This document shows positions 61,374 through 64,000 of a stretch of DNA of 64,000 nucleotides, piece after piece. Numbering within the stretch: the stretch's first letter is position 1; each line of letters starts with the position of its first letter. Source of the stretch: the human T2T-CHM13v2.0 reference genome, Homo sapiens; the NCBI RefSeq assembly GCF_009914755.1, contig NC_060934.1; one strand, written 5' to 3'. The position numbers were made by a program, and so were the translations under genes. The notes beneath the pieces are model-generated. The model ran no database searches and was not told the DNA's origin. It saw only the letters and a program-made list of their open reading frames with translations.

Positions 61374-62002
61374 GAAAACTAATTTTTAAGGGCAAGATAC
61401 CACAGCAGAAGAAAAACGTCTTGCAAGAAAAGACTTCATGGTTTACAACGATCAAATGTATGGGCTATTTGCCTGATTGGTGGCCTGGACTCAGCAAGAG
61501 ATTCCTTTGCAGCAGAGGTTGGCCACACATCTGGGGGCTGCAACACCACTGAAAAGACAGCTTTCTAAGCATTAGTGTAAGGCAAAAAGCAGAGTGCCTA
61601 AACTTGGCCATTTCCACCAAGAAAAAAAGTTTCATAGCAACCTTCCTTCACCAGAAAGGCTTACTTTATGATATGCTAACAGAACAGAAAAGCAGGTTGG
61701 GACAAGATACAGACTTTGTTGCATTTAGCTATGACCCTTCTCTCCCCTCTGTGGATGTGGGCAGGGTGGGGAGAGGCAGGAAGAGGCAGTAGAGGGAAAT
61801 GACATTTGCACTCAGGCTTCCCGCCCCTACCCACCCCTACCCTTTGCCCAGACAGACGTCGGATCTATGCTGCACCAGGGGTGGGTCATGGAGTCCAGCT
61901 AATTGCCAGGAGCTGAGGCGTGTACAAGCCATGAAAAGAGCTGCCCCACGGCCTCCCCACATCACTGTCCTTCATGCACTTGCATCTTTAAGGCTGCCAG
62001 CT

Positions 62003-62304
62003 TCAGAGCTCCCTGGACATTCCCTGGCCAAGTGTCATCCCTGTGTCAAATGGATGGGATGCCAGGTAATCCTTGTACTCCCCGTCAATCAGTTTGGCGG
62101 CATTGTTCCTGGCAAACCAGCAGTCTATCTGCTCTTCCCCGTTGTAAATCTTCCTTTGCTTCCAGACCACTGGGACTTGGTGGCCTTTCACTGTTAGGAC
62201 GGCCTCAGGCCCCTCTCCCACCTGAAGGAGCAGAGGGTGAGTGAGGTTCTGGCTGGGCCCTGCAGGGTCTTCTGTGAGTCTGGCATCCTGATTCAGGAAC
62301 TGAC
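62003..62304 (-). CDS. ITIH5: ITIH5 (inter-alpha-trypsin inhibitor heavy chain 5), coding part of last exon
   Basis: Translation GQFLNQDARLTEDPAGPSQNLTHPLLLQVGEGPEAVLTVKGHQVPVVWKQRKIYNGEEQIDCWFARNNAAKLIDGEYKDYLASHPFDTGMTLGQGMSREL* is recognised as the ITIH5 C-terminus (ITIH C-terminal domain motif CWF..NN...LIDG.Y.DY). Minus-strand acceptor gcttttccttgtcctcccAG|GTCAG (AG at 62306-62305, phase 1); TGA at 62005-62003. The ATG at 62326 in the ORF track is intronic. Confidence 0.96.
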
Positions 62305-63186
62305 CTGGGAGGACAAGGAAAAGCATCGGGTCTCAGTCAAATGCAGAAACCTCGTGCTGAACTCCAACTTCAGAGCTATCAGTGGCAGAAAGGCTTACAA
62401 CTGGCCACAGCCCAAGACTGGACTCTCCCAGTGACATGGAAGAACATGTGCTCTGGGGGGCAGGGTGGAGAGAGCTGAGGATTTATCCACATTGTGGGAT
62501 TTACCCATGACTGCTGGAAGCTTCCCAGCTGCTAACACTAGAAAGTTGTGTAACCTACACATAGTGATAACCACGGTCTCCTACTGAGTCCAGAGGACAG
62601 GACGGGGCATATGAAGAGGGAAGTAGTGTTCCATCTTCTCTCTGTCCTCTTCCCAGTCACAGGCCCACCTCCTTTCTATCCGTCTCAGGTCTGTGCCGGG
62701 TGGGGGTGGAAAGCAGTCAGCTCAGATCCTCTCTGACCCTCGTCCTCAGGACTCTCCTGGTCAGATGGCAGCACTGCTCAGGCCACAGGAATAAAGAGCT
62801 GTGTCTGCAAGGGGAGCTCATGCTGGGCCGCCAGGCCCCACGAAACGCGGCCAGCTCAAGAGCCAGGAAATCCTGCCTACTAAACTGAGCCCTGACAATG
62901 GCTTGCTCTTTATTTTTGGGCAAGGGGCCCACATGAAATTACACGTTGAAGAAAGCTGGGTAGAATGGCCCGCCTGCTGGGCACGGCCACGTGGGTGCCC
63001 CCCCGGTGGGGGTGTCGCTCAGGCTGGGCGCTGGGCAGGGCTGCCTCGTGTCTGTGTATTCTTGCTGAGAGCAAAGGAACTGGACCCTCAGGTGACTACA
63101 TTTTAATTCCTCATTCATTTTCCCAGAAGGCTAAAGAGAACTACTGGTTTATAAAGCCCATTCCTAGCTCACAAAGCCCAGGAAGG

Positions 63187-63290
63187 AATCTAATTTTCAT
63201 ATTACATATGTAGTAATCTAATGTTCATATTACATATATAGTAATCGAATTTTCATATTACATATGTAATTTTCATGTTACATATATAGT
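63187..63290. repeat. 28-bp AT-rich tandem repeat, ~3.7 copies
   Basis: aatctaattttcatattacatatgtagt units. Confidence 0.88.
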
Positions 63291-63636
63291 CATGCACCAC
63301 ATCATGACATTTTAATCAATGATGGACTGAAAATATGATGGTGGTCCCATAAGATTATAATAGCATATTTTTAGTGTACCTTTTCTATGTCTAGATATGT
63401 TTAGATGAACAAATACTTATCATCGTGTTGCAATTGCCTGCAGTAGTCCATGCAGTCACATGCTGTACAGGTTTGCAGCCCGGGAGCAATAGGAGACACC
63501 ACATAGCCTAGCTGAGTGGGTAGTATGCGACACTATCTAGAGAGGTTTGTGTAAGGATATTCTAGATGGTCACGTAATGACCAAATCACCTAACGACCAT
63601 TAGAATGTATCCCTGTCATTAAGCAAGGCATGACTG
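63287..63636 (-). mobile_element. Tigger3a
   Basis: (c/t)agtcatgcaccacatcatgac...tgtatccctgtcattaagcaaggcatgactg; ~350 bp. Confidence 0.85.
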
Positions 63637-63654
63637 TGTGTGTCGGTGGGTGTG

Positions 63655-64000
63655 AATATATATAATATGTACATACATACACAGACTGTGTATGTGTACA
63701 CACACACATATATACAGACTGTGTGTATATATACACACACACACCATAGACTGTATACATACATACATATATACATACATACACAGACTGTATATGTATA
63801 CACACACACATACATACATATACAGACTGTGTGTGTATATATATATATACACACACCATACATACACAGACTGTATACATACATATACATATACACACAC
63901 GTTCATACATATAGACTGTATACCTACATATATACATATATACATACATAGACTGTATATATATATACATATATACACACATAGACTGTATATATATATA
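63655..64000. repeat. Minisatellite of (CA/TA)n blocks punctuated by AGACTGT
   Basis: Units such as acacagactgtgtatgtgtacacacacacatatat; runs off the window end. Confidence 0.92.

Larger units (their letters stand above)
62305..64000 (-). other. ITIH5: ITIH5 last intron (3' portion)
   Basis: Upstream of the polypyrimidine/AG acceptor; contains Tigger3a and tandem repeats, no further coding exon recognised. Confidence 0.85.

Noticed and set aside
62305-62326. ATG start of the 107-aa ORF (MLFLVLP)
   Set aside because: Intronic polypyrimidine tract of the ITIH5 acceptor, not a start codon.

Overview
Human (or very close great-ape) genomic DNA. The right end holds the terminal coding exon of ITIH5 on the minus strand: acceptor at 62305/62306, CDS 62304->62003, C-terminus ...DCWFARNNAAKLIDGEYKDYLASHPFDTGMTLGQGMSREL. 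It is followed by a ~3.8 kb 3' UTR with several candidate poly(A) signals, and part of the last intron lies upstream. From recalled knowledge this is 10p14, and the first ~58 kb are the intergenic interval towards SFMBT2. That interval is dense in Alu, L1, L2, MIR, MaLR/ERV LTRs, hAT and Tigger elements, microsatellites and VNTRs. Every other ORF in the track is best explained as repeat-derived or chance. I do not see a new multi-gene system. The most unusual signal is a cluster of three old, locally templated sequence copies within ~22 kb: a 140-bp capture inside a MER1A, a 185-bp inverted copy inside a (TAGA)n microsatellite, and a 74-bp copy that preserves a pre-Alu empty site. There are also several micro fold-back duplications, a twin-primed L1, a re-used Alu target site, candidate CTCF/bZIP sites and LTR-donated alternative polyadenylation of ITIH5. 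Repeat subfamily calls are from memory of consensus sequences and boundaries are approximate unless a TSD is given.
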